64,000 nt of DNA from Leucoraja ocellata (GCA_036785375.1 JAWMAR010000128.1:5766001-5830000), one strand, 5' to 3'; positions 10,501 to 23,345 are shown, counted from the first letter of the stretch. A program made the numbers and translations. Notes: generated by a model from the letters alone, not told the origin.

Positions 10501-13430
10501 AAACCCCCCCCCCCCCCACCCCCTTCCCCCCGGGTCTGTCCGTCCCTGTCTCCCTCCCCCACGGCCAGTCCATCCCCTGTCTCTGTCCCCCACAGTTGGT
10601 CCGTCCCCTGTCTCTGTCCCCACGGTCAGTCCATCCCCTGTCTCTGTCCCCCACAGTTGGTCCGTCCCCTGTCTCTGTCCCCACGGTCGGTTCGTCCCGA
10701 CCTTCGGAACCAGCTTTCATCTGATCTAACCGACCGCATCAACTATATTCTGCTTTCCAATAGGAAATACACTCTGGGTGATAAGGGAAATTGTAAAAAT
10801 ATGCGGTCCCAACAATGCCAACCATTGCACGGGTTTGTAACTGAAGGTGCAGGGTACAAAGGCAAGGAGATTGTGTTGAACTTCATTAAAACATTGGTTT
10901 CATTAAGGCTGGGATATTGGACACTGCACTGTACAGCGCGGAAGCACGGCAGACAGGCAGTGACTCTGGAGAGAAGCAATGGGTGACGTTTCGGGTCGAG
11001 ACCCTTCTCCAGACTGAACTGAACTCTCGTCGGTGATAGTACTTGTGATTGTCTGAAGCAGGGACTCGGCCCGAAACGTCACCCTTTCCTTCTATCCAGA
11101 GATGCTGCCTGTCCCGCTGAGTTAGTCCAGCTTTTTGTGTCTATCTTCACTTTCAGAGTTAAATAAAAAACACAGAGTGCTGGAGGAACTCAGCGGGCCA
11201 GGCGGCATCTGTGGAAGGAATAGATTAGGAGTTGTTTCGGGCCAGGGTTCTTCTTCAATAGGGAGGAACTGCAGATGCAGTTGTCTTTGTAAAACGCCAA
11301 AGCATTCCGGGAATGCCGAGAGAGAGCGAGCAAGCGAGATAGATAGATAAGTGAGGGGGGAGGGGGGGGGGGGGGGAAGAGAGAGAGAGAGAGAGATTCC
11401 AGCCTCTTAATCCCAAGCACCGTGGTAGATCCATGCTTACAAAAATAATCCGCTCTTTAGCAGTCCAAAAGCGAAAATTAGGAAAATTAAAAACCCCCCC
11501 CACCCTCCCGTCTCCCCCGGTCAGTGGTTTGATGGACGTGGGGGTCTGGACCAATCGCTGACAAGGTCTCGGACAAATCCTGTCCCCAGAGACGTCATGT
11601 CCCTTATTTGGTTTATCGGTGTGGTTCCGTTCAGTTTCCGCCATAGATTTACTAGAATGTTGCCTGGGTTTCAACAACTAAGTTACAGGCAAAGGTTGAA
11701 TAAGTTAGGTCTTTATTCTCTGGAGCGCAGAAGGTTAAGGGGGGACTTGATAGAGGTCTTTAAAATGATGAGAGGGATAGACAGAGTTGACGTGGACAAG
11801 CTTTTCCCTTTGAGAATAGGGAAGATTCAAACAAGAGGACATGACTTCAGAATTAAGGGACAGAAGTTTAGGGGTAACATGAGGGGGAACTTCTTTACTC
11901 AGAGAGTGGTGGCGGTGTGGAATGAGCTTCCAGTGGAAGTGGTGGAGGCAGGTTCATTGGTATCATTTAAAAAATAAATTGGATAGGCATATGGATGAGA
12001 AGGGAATGGAGGGTTATGGTATGAGTGCAGGCAGGTGGGACTAAGGGGAAAAAAAATTTGTTCGGCACGGACTTGTAGGGCCGAGATGGCCTGTTTCCGT
12101 GCTGTAATTGTTATATGGTTATATTTCCGCTCGGTATCTTGGCTTCCACTTCTTCGCTTCGGCTTCTCGTCCTTCCACGCCCCGTCCGGTTAGATTTAGC
12201 CCTTAGGCCTAACGGAATCGAGGGATATGGGGAGAAAGCAGGGCCTGGATGATCACCAATATTATCTTGAATGGCGGTGCTGGCTCGAATGGCCTCCTCC
12301 TATGTTCCATGTTTCTTAGTCTCTTGCCCAGAGTAGGGGAATCGCAGACCAGAGGACATAGAAGTGGAAAAGATTTAATAGGAATCTGAGGTGTGACTTT
12401 TTCACACAAAGGGAGGTGGGTGTATGGAACGAGCTGCCGGAGGAGGTAGTTGAGGCTGGGACTGTCCCATCGTATAAGAAACAGTTAGACAGGTACATGG
12501 ATAGGACGGGTTTGGAGGGATATGGACCAAATGCAGGCAGGAGGAGCTAGTGTAGCTGGGACATTGTTGGCCTGTATGGGCAAGTTGGGCCGAAGGGCCT
12601 GTTTCCATGCTGTATCTCTGAACTAAACTAATATCACACCATCGGTACTCAATTCTTCAAGGTACAGTCACCATTACACACACTACAGTCACCTGTCTCC
12701 CTCTTCCTGCGTTCTGTCCGTCCCTGTCTCTGTCCCCCAGCATCCGTCCGTCCTCTGAATCCATCCCACATGGTGGGTCCATCCCTCCCGCTACGTCTGT
12801 TCCTGGGGCCTCGACTTCATCTCTCACCACACTTTCTTTTACCCCACTCTCTCTCACCCACCCCCCTCTCCCCCCCCCCCGTCTCTCCTCCCTATCCCCC
12901 TCCCCCCACCGCCCGCTGCAGGAGTGGTCCTGGGGAGAGAGGGGGGAGCACTGCCGCCGATGCTGCCTGCCGTTTCGGATGGGCCTTGGGGGGCCGCTGG
13001 GCTCCGGCCTCCAGCCCTTCCCCTGGATCCACGTGGACGACCTGGCTGGGATCTTGCTGCACGCGCTGGAGGGGATGCAGCGGGAGTGCGAGGGGCGAGT
13101 GTGCGTGGGACGGTGGAGGGGGAGGGGGTGAGGGGAGGGGGAGTGAGGGAGGGGGAGGGGGGGAGGAGGTTGGGAGAGGTGGAGGGGGTGTTGAATGGCG
13201 TTGCCCCATCTCGCTGCACCCAGGGGGAGTTTGCAGAGGCCCTGGCGGGGAGCCTGGGGCGTGGAGCCCGGCTGCGGGTGCCGGCTGCATTGGTGCAGGC
13301 TGCACTGGGGTCAGAGCGGGCGTTGCTGCTGCTGCAGGGCCAGTGGGTGGAACCTCGCCGCACACTGGCCAGCGGCTACCAGTACCGATTCCCCCGGCTA
13401 CAGGCGGCCATCGACAACCTCCTCCACTGA
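7563..13430 (+). CDS. SDR39U1: Epimerase family protein SDR39U1 (TIGR01777/YfcH-like extended SDR), 6 coding exons
   Basis: Exons: 7563-7577 (1-nt deletion relative to the left copy), 8986-9089 (Rossmann GGSGFVG), 9354-9436 ([21 protein letters not shown]), 9716-9837 (RWSRSFQQEVVSSRVETT...WVLLTGV), 10347-10498 (1-nt deletion at DWE), 12922-13430 (VVLGREGGAL...GLGGPLGSGLQPFPWIHVDDLAG...GVLNGVAP...RTLASGYQYRFP, with a compensating +1/-1 shift). Motifs match recalled human SDR39U1. The 1-nt indels are probably sequencing errors. Confidence 0.9.
11644..12125 (+). mobile_element. CR1-type LINE 3' fragment
   Basis: RFTRMLPG...[20 protein letters not shown]...FFTQRVVAVWNELP, followed by a ttatatggttatat tail. 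Confidence 0.85.
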
Positions 13431-13902
13431 CCCCCAGGGTCACGGGTCAGGGGTCAACCTCTGGCTGGCCATCCACCTACTCCACTGACCCCCAGCCCGG
13501 GGTCAGACCCAGCCTCCACCACCTGCTGGAGTGACCTCTGGCATGGGGTCAGGGGTCACAGTGTGGGGTCGGGGTCAGATGGTGGGAGTCAATGGTCAAA
13601 AGGTCACAGCAGAACTTTCCCGAGCTCAGGCCTGTCCTGCGCTGACCTCAGGGTCAGGGGTTATGAGAGGGGGGTCAGACGGCAGGTGGTCAGAGTGAAT
13701 GGCTTTCCCGAGATTACGACCGCCTTGGTATCCTGACCTGGGCCAGGGTCAGAGGTGAAGGGGTCGGGGTCAGGGTTAAAGGGCTGGGCTTCCCCGACTT
13801 GCCTTGGACGAGGGTTGAGGTCAGGGGTCAGCAGGTGTTGCAGTGAGTTTGGGAGGTGGGGTCAGTGTGAGGGAGGGGCAGTTGTAACCGGTTCCACTGC
13901 GG

Positions 13903-13908
13903 AATAAA
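13903..13908 (+). promoter_or_regulatory. Polyadenylation signal of SDR39U1
   Basis: AATAAA ~470 nt after the stop codon, at the end of a GGGGTCA-rich 3' UTR. Confidence 0.65.
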
Positions 13909-14444
13909 GGCCATTCACCCATCAGCCGTCTCCTGTCTCCTTCACACTCACTCCGCCAAGCCGACCTTACTCTTCAAAGCTGAGCAACCATTTCCTAACA
14001 AGAAACACCAACCGCAAAGTCCATTCAGATTCCAAGGAAAGGTCGTAAGTGATAGGAGCTGAATTAGGCCATTCGGCCCATCAAGTCTACTCTGTCATTC
14101 AATCACGGCTGATCTATCTTTCCCTTTCAACACCATTCTCCTGCCTACTCCCCATAACCCCTGACATCCGTTCTAATCAATAATTTATTTATCTCTGCCT
14201 TAAAAAAGGCCGTTGACTTGGCCTCCGTGGCCGTCTGTGGCAATGAGTCCCACAGATTCACCACCCTCTGACTAAATAAATTCCTCCTCATCTTCTAAAG
14301 GAACGTCCTTTCCCTATCTCCCACTAGTGGAAACATTGTGAAAGTGGCCTGTCACAAAGTTATGTAAATTTATTAAAGACGGGTCAAACAAAGTTAGACA
14401 CAAAAATCTGGAGTAACTCAGTGGGACATGCAGTATCTCTGGGA

Positions 14445-14930
14445 GAGATCTTGTCCGGGAACATTAGCATCTGGTTTGGGAATTGCTCTGCCAAGGACAA
14501 GAAGGCTCTGCAGAGAGTAGTGCGTTCGGCCGAACGCACTATGGGAACTTCACTTCGCAGGAACTATACATCAAGAGGTGCAACTCCAGAGCCAACAATA
14601 TCACGAGAGACCCCTTCCACCCCTGCAACGGACTGTTCCAGCTGCTACGGTCAGGCAAACGCCTCCGTTGCCATGCGGTGAGAACGGAGAGGTTGAGAAG
14701 GAGTTTCTTCCCAGAGGCCATTCGGACTGTAAACGCCTATCTCACCAGGGACTAACTTTACTGAACGTTTTTCCTTCTATTATTTATTATGAAAAAGAAT
14801 ATGTGTGTTATGATTGTGTTTATAGTTTGTTTGGTTGTTTGTCTTTTTGCACAAAAGTCCGCGAGCATTGCCACTTTCATTTCACTGCACATCTCGTATG
14901 TGTATGTGCCAAATAAACTTGACTTGACTT
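14445..14930 (+). mobile_element. Rex1/Babar-like LINE 3' fragment
   Basis: ILSGNISIWFGNCSAKDKKALQRVVRSAER...HPCNGLFQLLRSGKRLR...RLRRSFFPEAIR, then AATAAA and a (GACTT)n tail. Confidence 0.75.
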
Positions 14931-15426
14931 GAGAAGGAATGGGTGATGTTCCGGGTCGAGACCCTTCTTCAGACAGCCGGGGAGGGTCTCAACCCCAGAT
15001 TCAGATTCAGATTCAATTTTAATTGTCATTGTCAGTGTACAGTACAGAGACAACGAAATGCATTTAGCATCTCCCTGGAAGAGCGACATAGCAAATGATT
15101 TGAATAAATAATAATAAGTGTCCGGGGGGGGCGGACTTCGGTGTCTATCTTCGGTGTAAACCAGCACCTGCAGCTCACAGTGCCCAGAGCAAACAAACAT
15201 AATTGATGGTGCCCTCCCCTAATTCCCCATTTGATGGTGCCCTCCCTTAATTCCCCATTGTTGTGAAACAGGCCCTTCTGCCCTCCAAGTGCACGCTGAC
15301 CACAGTTTTTGTAAATTACACTGTTGTGCAGGGAATAGATAAAGTGGGATAACCTAGTTAGCTTGAGTTAACGTACAAACACGTATGTCTTTGAGATGTG
15401 GGAGGAAACCAGAGCACCTGGACAAA

Positions 15427-15746
15427 TCATCATCATCATCGGCGGTCACTCGAAACGAGTATGACTGCCCTCTCCTCTCCATAGAGTCGTCCACTTGTGG
15501 GTCTGCAGACAGATGTCTGTAGAGGCCGACACCTTGGAGCAATGTGGGCAGTGGAGACTGGCGGTGGTTGGTAGTCATCGAGCCCCCTTCTCTCTCCTTA
15601 CGATGCTGTCGCTTTGTCGCCGAGACACGGCGTAGGTTCATTTTGTGACGAGCAGCTCCTTCCTGCACGGATTTCCTCCAGGAGTGCCAGTCCAGTGCAA
15701 TGTGCTCCCAGTTGCTTGATGTGATGTGGAATTTCTTCAGACTGTT
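15427..15746 (-). mobile_element. RTE-clade LINE 3' fragment inserted into a V-SINE (~15360-15870, -)
   Basis: NSLKKFHITSSNWEHIALDWHSWRKSVQEG RTE C-terminal motif and a (GAT)n tail. 10-bp TSD CCTGGACAAA at 15417-15426 and 15747-15756. Confidence 0.75.
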
Positions 15747-16644
15747 CCTGGACAAAAACTCACCCGGTCACAGGGAGAACATGCAAACTTCACAGACAGC
15801 ACCTGAGGTCAGGATCATACCTGAGTCTATGAGGCAGCAGCTCTATCTGCTGCACCATTGTGCCACCCTGTAAAAGGGAAGTAAATATGGCCACTGACGG
15901 GATTTGAACCTGTGATCTTTGTTCACAAGTTGTTAAAGCTGCCACAGTTGCCTTCCCAAATTGCCACAGTTATAAACTGAATCAGCACAAAATATACCCA
16001 GTAGTTGTTTTAAAATTTGAAAACCATCCTTCCACCCCCATTCGGCCCTTCGAGCCAGCACTGTCATTAAGTATGATCATGGCTGATCATCTAAAATCAG
16101 TACCCCGTTCCTGCTTTCCCCCATATCCCTTGATTCCCTTAGCCCTAAGAGCTAAATCTAACTCTCTCTTGAGAAGAAGGGTCTCGACCCAAAACGTCAC
16201 CCATTCTTTCTCTCCAGAGATGCTGCCTGTCACGCTGAGTTACTCCAGCATTTCGTGTCTATCTTCAGAGTAAACCAGATGGATTGCAGTCTGCACTTCC
16301 TTCCCACACATTTTTCTAGCCATTGGCTGAGAGGAGAGAAGCAGAGACAGAAAGCAGAAGTCAAGGCCGTTATTTGCAAGCAGCGAAGTGTGGGAAATAT
16401 ACTGGAGGAGTGGCAGCACTTCTGGAGGGAAAATCGGAGGAGATGGGAGGCCAGGGTCAGAGCAGACATTCCTGGAGCGAGCAGAGGCCAGTGGCATTGT
16501 AAGGTCCTCGTTTGTTCCATCGTCCTGTCTTTATAGACGGTCGGAATGTGAGGGTGGGAGGGAGTCTGGCTGCTGAGCAACAGATGCTGTCTCTGTTTGC
16601 TGCTGTCATCATGCTGTTGTGGAACATGGAAGATATTGTCTTGT

Positions 16645-16802
16645 TGAGAGACAGAAAGAGAGACCAAAACCGAGAGACAAAGACAGAGAAAGAGAGAAAC
16701 AGACAGAGTGAGGGACAGAGAGAGACAGAGTGAGAGAGACAGACAGACAGAGACAGTGAGAGACACATAGAGACAGGCACAGAGAGAGAGAGAGAGAGAG
16801 AG
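16645..16802 (+). repeat. GA/GACA-rich microsatellite
   Basis: Visible (GA)n and (GACA)n run. Confidence 0.85.
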
Positions 16803-17184
16803 GAGGACAAGGGGAAAGATGTATAATCGAGCAAAAAAGGCAGACTGTTGCAGTGTGTTATAAAGTAGAAGGCAGAGGGATCATTGTGAACAGTAGTGTA
16901 TGGAGCAGGAGAGAGAAAGAGAGGACAAGGAGGTAGATGGAATGAAGGTGTGCAAAGGCAGTGTGAGTGGGCTGGGTCTGTATTGTTGTTGGCCTCTCTG
17001 TATTGTGCTTCAGTAGGGATACACTGCCACAATGTTCCAGTGAATGATGTCATTCAGAAGTTGGGTGTGTGATCTGGAGACCGTGTCCCCACCACACCAC
17101 AGCGGTGAGGAGTTTAAAGTCAGTCCATGAAATCTGTGCAATTAAAGGCCTGTGTATGTAGCTGTGACATTGGGAAAGAGATTG

Positions 17185-17705
17185 TTTAAGAAGGAACTGC
17201 AGATGCTGGAAAAATCGGAGGCAGACAAAAATGCTGGAGAAACTCAGCGGGTGAGGCAGCATCTATGGAGAAAAGGAATAGGTGACCTTTCGGGTCGAGA
17301 CCCTTCTTCAGACTGGGGGTGTGGGGGTGGGTAGAAGAAAGGAAGAGGTGGAGACAGTAGGCTGTGGGAGAGCTGGGAAGGGGCGAGGAAAGAGGGAGAA
17401 AGCAGGGACTACCTGAAATTGGAGAAGGCAATGTTCATACTGCTATTTCAGGTAGTCCTTGCTTTCTCCCTTTTTCGAGACCAAACGTAGATTGGGCGAT
17501 CGTTTCACTGAACACCGTCGCTCAGTCTGCCTGGACCAACCTGATCTCCCGGTTGCAAAACACTTTAATTCCCCTTCCCATTCCCACACTGACCTTTCTG
17601 TCCTGGACCTCCTCCATTGTCAGAGACGAAACACGAATTGGGGGAACAGCATCTCATATTTCACTTGGACAGCTTACAACCCAGCAGTATGAATATTGAT
17701 TTCAT
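17185..17705. mobile_element. Penelope-like element remnants: hammerhead-bearing end (-) and GIY-YIG endonuclease C-terminal part (+, 17478-17700)
   Basis: ETKRRLGDRFTEHRRSV...DLPVAKHFNSPSHSHTDLSVL is typical of the PLE GIY-YIG region. CTGAAGAAGGGTCTCGACCCGAAAGGTC lies on the - strand at 17284-17311. Confidence 0.75.
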
Positions 17706-18215
17706 GAATTGTTTCCATGTCCCAGCTAGACTAGTCCCACCTGCCTGTGTTTGGCCCACATCCTTCCAACCCTGTCCTATCCATGTACCTGTCCAACTGT
17801 TTCTTAAATATTGGGGTAATCCCAGCCTCAACTACCTCCTCCGGCAGCTCATTCCGTACACCCACCACCCTCTCTGTGGAAAAGTTACCCCTCAGATTCC
17901 CATTTAATCTTTTTCCCTTCACTTTGAACCCGTGTCCTCTGGTCCTCGATTCCCCTACTCTGGGCAAGAGACTCTGTGCATCTACCCGATCTATTCCACT
18001 CATGATTTTGTACACCTCTATAAGATCTCCCCTCATCCTCCTGCGCTCCATGGAATAGAGACCCAGCCTGCGCAACCTCTCCCTGTAGCCGACCCTGATA
18101 TCCCGGCAACATCCTCATAAATCTTCTCTGTACCCTTCCAGCTTGTTGGCATCTTCACAATAACATTGTGCCCAGAACTGAACACAATACTGTAAATGTG
18201 GTCCCATGAATGACA
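17705..18215 (-). mobile_element. CR1-type LINE 3' fragment
   Basis: RRLGLYSMERRRMRGDLIEVYKIM...GNFSTERVVGVRNELPEE. Confidence 0.8.
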
Positions 18216-19054
18216 TATATTAGATAATAGGTGCAGGAGTAGGCCATTCGGCCCTTCGAGCCAGCACCGCCATTCAATGTGATCAAGGCTGATCATCCAT
18301 AACCTGTAGCCCGTTCCTGCCTCCTCCCCATATCCCCTGACTCCGTTATCTTTAAGAGCCCTATATAGCTCTCTCTTGAAAGTATCCAGAGAACTGGCCT
18401 CCACCGCCCTCCGAGGCAGAGAATTCAAACATGACCTCCCAACTTCTATACTCAATACTCTGACTGATGAAAGCCAATGTGTCAAAAGCCTTGTTGACCA
18501 CCCTATGTACCTGCAACTCCACCTTCAAGGAAACATGCACCTGTACTCCTAGACCCCTCTGGTCTACAACACTCCCCGGGGGTCTACCATTGTCTGGTCA
18601 TGTCTCCAATGTCTTTTCCCCAGGGTGTGTTCCTCCAATACCCGACCCCCTTGGGCTTTCCTGCCATGCCTGGCCCTCAGTCCTACGCCATTTAGAAACA
18701 TAGAAATTAGGTGCCAGGAGTAGGGCCATTCGGCCCTTCGAGCCTGCACCGCCATTCAATATGATCATGGCTGATCATCCAACTCAGTATCCCGTAACTG
18801 CCTTCGCTCCATACCCTCTGATCCCCCTTAGCCACAAGGGCCACATCTGGATCAGGTGCTGGTGTTGACTCCTCAGTATCTGTTGTTATCCTATTCTGAA
18901 CCTGGCCATGTCCTCTCCTGATGAGTTTTAGCCCAGTATCTGGTGTATTTGGTGCACTCATACAGTCATAGATTAATACAGTGTGGAAACAGGCCCTTCG
19001 GCCCAACACGCCCATACCGGCCAACAATATCCCAGCTACCCTAGTCCCACTTAT

Positions 19055-22000
19055 ATAACCATATAATCATATAAAAGTTACAGCATGGAAACAGGCCATC
19101 ACGGCCCTTCGAGTCCGTGCCAAAAACTTACTCTCACCGTGTCCCATCTATCTGCACTCAGACCATAACCCTCCATTCCTTTCCTGTCCATATACCTATC
19201 CAATTTATTTTTAAATTATAAAATCGAACCTGCCTCCACCACTTCCACTGGAAGCTCATTCCACACAGCTACCACTACCCCGAAACGTTTGTCCCTTAAT
19301 TCTCAAATCATGTCCTCTTGTTTGAATCTTCCCTACTCTCAATGGAAAAAGCTGGTCCGCGTCAACTCTGTCTATCCCTCTCATGAATTTTAAAGACCTC
19401 GATCAAGTCCCCCCTTAACCTTCTGCGCTCCAAAGAATAAAGAATAAATCTTGTTCAACCTTTCTCTGCAACTTAGTTACTGAAAACCAGGCAACATTCT
19501 AGTAAATCTCCTTTCTACTCTCTCTATTTTGTTGACAACTTTCCTATAATTAGGTGACCAAAATTGTACACCATACTCCAGAATGGGCCTCACCAATGCC
19601 TTGTACAATTTTAACATTACATCCATTACAATGTGGATAAATGTGAGGTTATCCACTTTAGTGGCAAAAAACAGGAAAGTAGACTATTATCTGAATGGTG
19701 GCCGATTAGGAAAAGGGGAGATGCAACGAGACCTGGGTGTCACGGTACACCAGTAGGCATGCAGGTGCAGCATGCAGTGAAGAAAGTGAATGGTATATTA
19801 GCATTCATAGCAAAAGGATTTGAGTATAGGAGCAGGGAGGTTCTACTGCAGTTGTACAGGGTCTTGGTGAGACCACACCTGGAGTATTGCGTACAGTTTT
19901 GGTCTCCTAATCTGAGGAAAGACATTCTTGCCATAGAGGGAGTACAGAGAAGGTTCACCACACTGATTCCTGGATGGCAGGACTTTCATTTGAAGAAAGA
20001 CTGGATAGACTCGGCTTGTACTCGCTAGAATTTAGAAGATTGAGGGGGGATCTTATAGAAACGTACAAAATTCTTAATGCAGGAAGATTGTTCCCGATGT
20101 TGGGGAAGTCCAGAACAAGGGGGTCACAGTTTAAGGATAAGGGGGAAATCTTTTAGGACCGAGATGCAAAAAACATTTTTCACACAGAGAGTGGTGAATC
20201 TGTGGAATTCTCTGCCACAGAAGGTAGTTGAGGCCAGTTCATTGGCTATATTTAAGAGGGAGTTAGATGTGGCTAAAGGGATCAGGGGGTATGGAGATAA
20301 GGCAGGTACAGGATACTGAGTTGGATGATCAGCCATGATCATATTGAATGGCGGTGCAGGCTCGAAGGGCCGAATGGCCTCCTCCTACACCTATTTTCTA
20401 TGTTTCATGTTTCTATCCCAACTTCTATACTCAATGCTCTGATTTATAAAGGCCAGCACACCAAAAGCTTTCTTTACCACCCTATCTACATGAGATTCCA
20501 CCTTCAGGGAACTATACAGTTATTCCTAGATCCCTCTGTTCAACTGCATTCCTCAATTCGCTACCATTTACCATGTACGTCCTATTTTGATTTGTCCTGC
20601 CAAGATGTAGCACCTCACACTTATCAGCATTAAACTCCATCTGCCATCTTTCAGCCCACTCTTCCAAATGGCCTAAATCTCTCTGTACACTTTGAAAATC
20701 TACTGCATTATCCACAACACCACATATCTTAGTATCATCTGCATACTTACTAATCCAATTTACCACACCATCATCCAGATCATTGATGTACATGACAAAC
20801 AACAGTGGACCCAACACAGATCCCTGAGGCATTCCACTAGTCACCAGCCTCCAACCTGATAAACAGCCATCCACCATTACTCTCTGGCATCTCCCATTCA
20901 GCCACTGTTGAATCCATCTTGCTACTCCACCATTAATAATCAACAATTGCACCTTCTTAACCAACCTTCCATGAGGAACCTTGTCAAAGGCCTTTCTGAA
21001 GTTCATATAGACAACATCTACTGCTTTACCCTCATCAATTTCCCTAGTAACCTTTTCAAAAAATTCAAGAAGATTAGTCAAACATGACCTTCCAGGGACA
21101 AATCCATGTTGACTGTTCCTAATCATACCCTGTTTATCCAGATGATTATATATATTATCTCTAAGTATCTTTTTCATTAATTTGCCCACCACTGAAGTCA
21201 AACTAACAGGTCTATAATTGCTAGGTTTACTCTTAGAACCCCTTTTAAACAATGGAACAACATGCGCAGTACGCCAATCCTCGGGGACTATTCCCGTTTC
21301 TAATGACATTTGAAATATTTCTGTCATAGCCCCGGCTATTTCTACACTAACTTCCCTCAATGTCCTAGGGAATATCCTGTCAGGACCTGGAGACTTATCC
21401 ACTTTTATATTTTTCAAAAGTGTCAGTACTTCTTTTACTTTGAACCTCATAGTACCCATAGCTACTCTACTAGTTTCCCTTACCTCACATAATTCAATAT
21501 CCTTCTCCTTGGTGAATACCGAAGAAAAAAAATTGTTCAATATCTCCCCCATCTCTTTTGGCTCTGCAGATAACTGTCCACTCTGTCTCTCCAATGGACC
21601 AATTTTATCCCTCGTTATCCTTTTGCTATTAATATAGCTGTAGAAACCCTTTGGATTTACTTTCACCTTACTTGCCAAAGCAACCTCATATCTTCTTTTA
21701 GCTTTTCTAATTTCTTTCTTAAGATTCTTTTTACATTCCTTATACTCCTCAAGCACCTCATTTACTTCATGCTGCCTATAATTATTGTAGATCTCCCTCT
21801 TTTTCCGAACAAGATGTCCAATTTCCCTTGAAAACCAGGGCTCTTTCCAATTACTACTATTTCCTTTCAACCGAACAGGGACATAAAGATTCTGTACTCT
21901 TAAAATTTCACCTTTAAATGTCCTCCATTTCTCTACTTCCCATAAAACAAAATGTCCCAATTCACTCCTTTTAAATCCTTTCGCATCTCCTCAAAGTTAG

Positions 22001-22860
22001 CCTTTTTCCAATCAAAAATCTCAACCCTTGGTCCAGTTCTGACCCTCTCCATAATTATATTGAAACAAATGGTATTGTGATCACTGGACCCGAAGTGCTC
22101 CCCAACGCATACCTCCGCCACCTGTCCAGTCTCATTTCCTAACAGGAGGTCCAGCACTGCCCCTTCTCTAGTAGGTACCTCTATGTATTGCTGCAAAAAA
22201 CTATCCTGCACACATTTTACAAACTCCAAACCATCCAGCCCTTTTACAGAATGTGTTTCCCAGTCTATGTGTGGAAAATTGATATCTCCCACAATCACTA
22301 CCTTGTGCTTACTACTAATATCTGCTATCTCCTTACATATTTGCTCTTCCAATTCTCGTTCCCCGTTTGGCGGTCTATAATACACCCCTATAAGTGTTGC
22401 TATCCCTTTCCCATTTCTCAGTTCCACCCAAATAGCCTCCCTAGACGAGCCCTCTAACCTATCCTGCCAAAGCACTGCTGTAATATCTTCCCTGACTAGC
22501 AATGCAACACCTCCACCTCTTGCCCCTCCAATTCTATCACACCTGAAGCAACGGAATCCTGGAATATTTAGTTTCCAATCACAGCCCTCCTGCAACCATG
22601 TTTCACTGATCGCCACAACATCATACTTCCAGGTGTCAATCCAGGCTCTAAGTTCATCCACCTTTCTTACAATGCTCCTAGCATTAAAATATACACATTT
22701 AAGAAACCCACCCTCTCTTATTCTCTGTTTATTATCTTTGTTTTTTTTCTCCCCTACATGTTGGGTCTGAGTGCTTCCCTCTCTGCTTCCTGCCTTACAC
22801 ACTGTCTACTAGCTTTCTCTATTTGAGTCCCTCCCCCCAACCGTTCTAGTTTAAAGTCTC
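19055..22860 (-). mobile_element. Near-full-length CR1 ORF2 (APE endonuclease plus reverse transcriptase), with a frameshift near 21940, interrupted by a younger CR1
   Basis: ORF 21933-22802 carries NARSI, ISETW, GVYYRPP, GDINFP, LDL and SDH (APE). ORF 20512-21960 carries KSPGPD, NYRPVSLTS, QHGF, PQGSVLGP and YADD (RT). The 3' part resumes at 19055-19624. Confidence 0.92.
19625..20414 (+). mobile_element. CR1 3' fragment nested in the minus-strand CR1
   Basis: [19 protein letters not shown]..., a tttctatg-type tail, and flanking ATCC repeats (19621-19624 and 20415-20418). Confidence 0.85.
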
Positions 22861-23345
22861 CCCCGTAGCCTTCGCAAATCTCCCTTGCAAAATTTGCCTG
22901 CTCTTGGTCGATATCACTCCAAACCTGTCCTATCCATGTACCTGTCCAACTGTTTCTTAAATAATGGACTACCTCCTCTGACAGTTTGTTCCATACACCC
23001 ACAACTCTCTGTGTGAAAAAGCTACCCCTCAGATTCCTTTTAAATCTTTTCCATTTCACCTTGAACCCATGTCCACTGGTCCCCGATTCCCCTACTCTGG
23101 GTAAAAGACTCTGTGCATCTAGCCGATCTATTCCTCTCATGATTTTGTACACCTCTATAAGATCGCCCCTCATCCTCCTACGCTGCAAAGAATAGAGACC
23201 CAGTCTACTCAACCTCTCCCTGTAGCTCACACCCTCGAGTCCTGGCAACATCCTTGTAAAGTCCTGGCAACATCCTCAGCTGGTCCCTATAGTGATGAGT
23301 AAAGTGATGATCAACTCCAAACATTTCATGTTCTTGTTATTTTCT

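Larger units (their letters stand above)
1..11189. repeat. Large inverted duplication (arms 1-5488 and 5956-11189) flanking a 200-N gap (5489-5688) and a ~270-bp unique spacer
   Basis: Window start gttcctccagcactctgtgttttttatttaactctgaaa is the reverse complement of ~11151-11189. Left arm end ...ccactagtcacaggtctc (5488) pairs with gagacctgtgactagtgg (5956). Every exon and repeat between them is mirrored, with small indels mostly in homopolymers. The left arm may extend past the window start. Confidence 0.95.

Noticed and set aside
16255-17053. ORFs of 90-198 aa between SDR39U1 and IgW
   Set aside because: They are extended by a GA microsatellite and have no recognisable domain or consistent splice signals.
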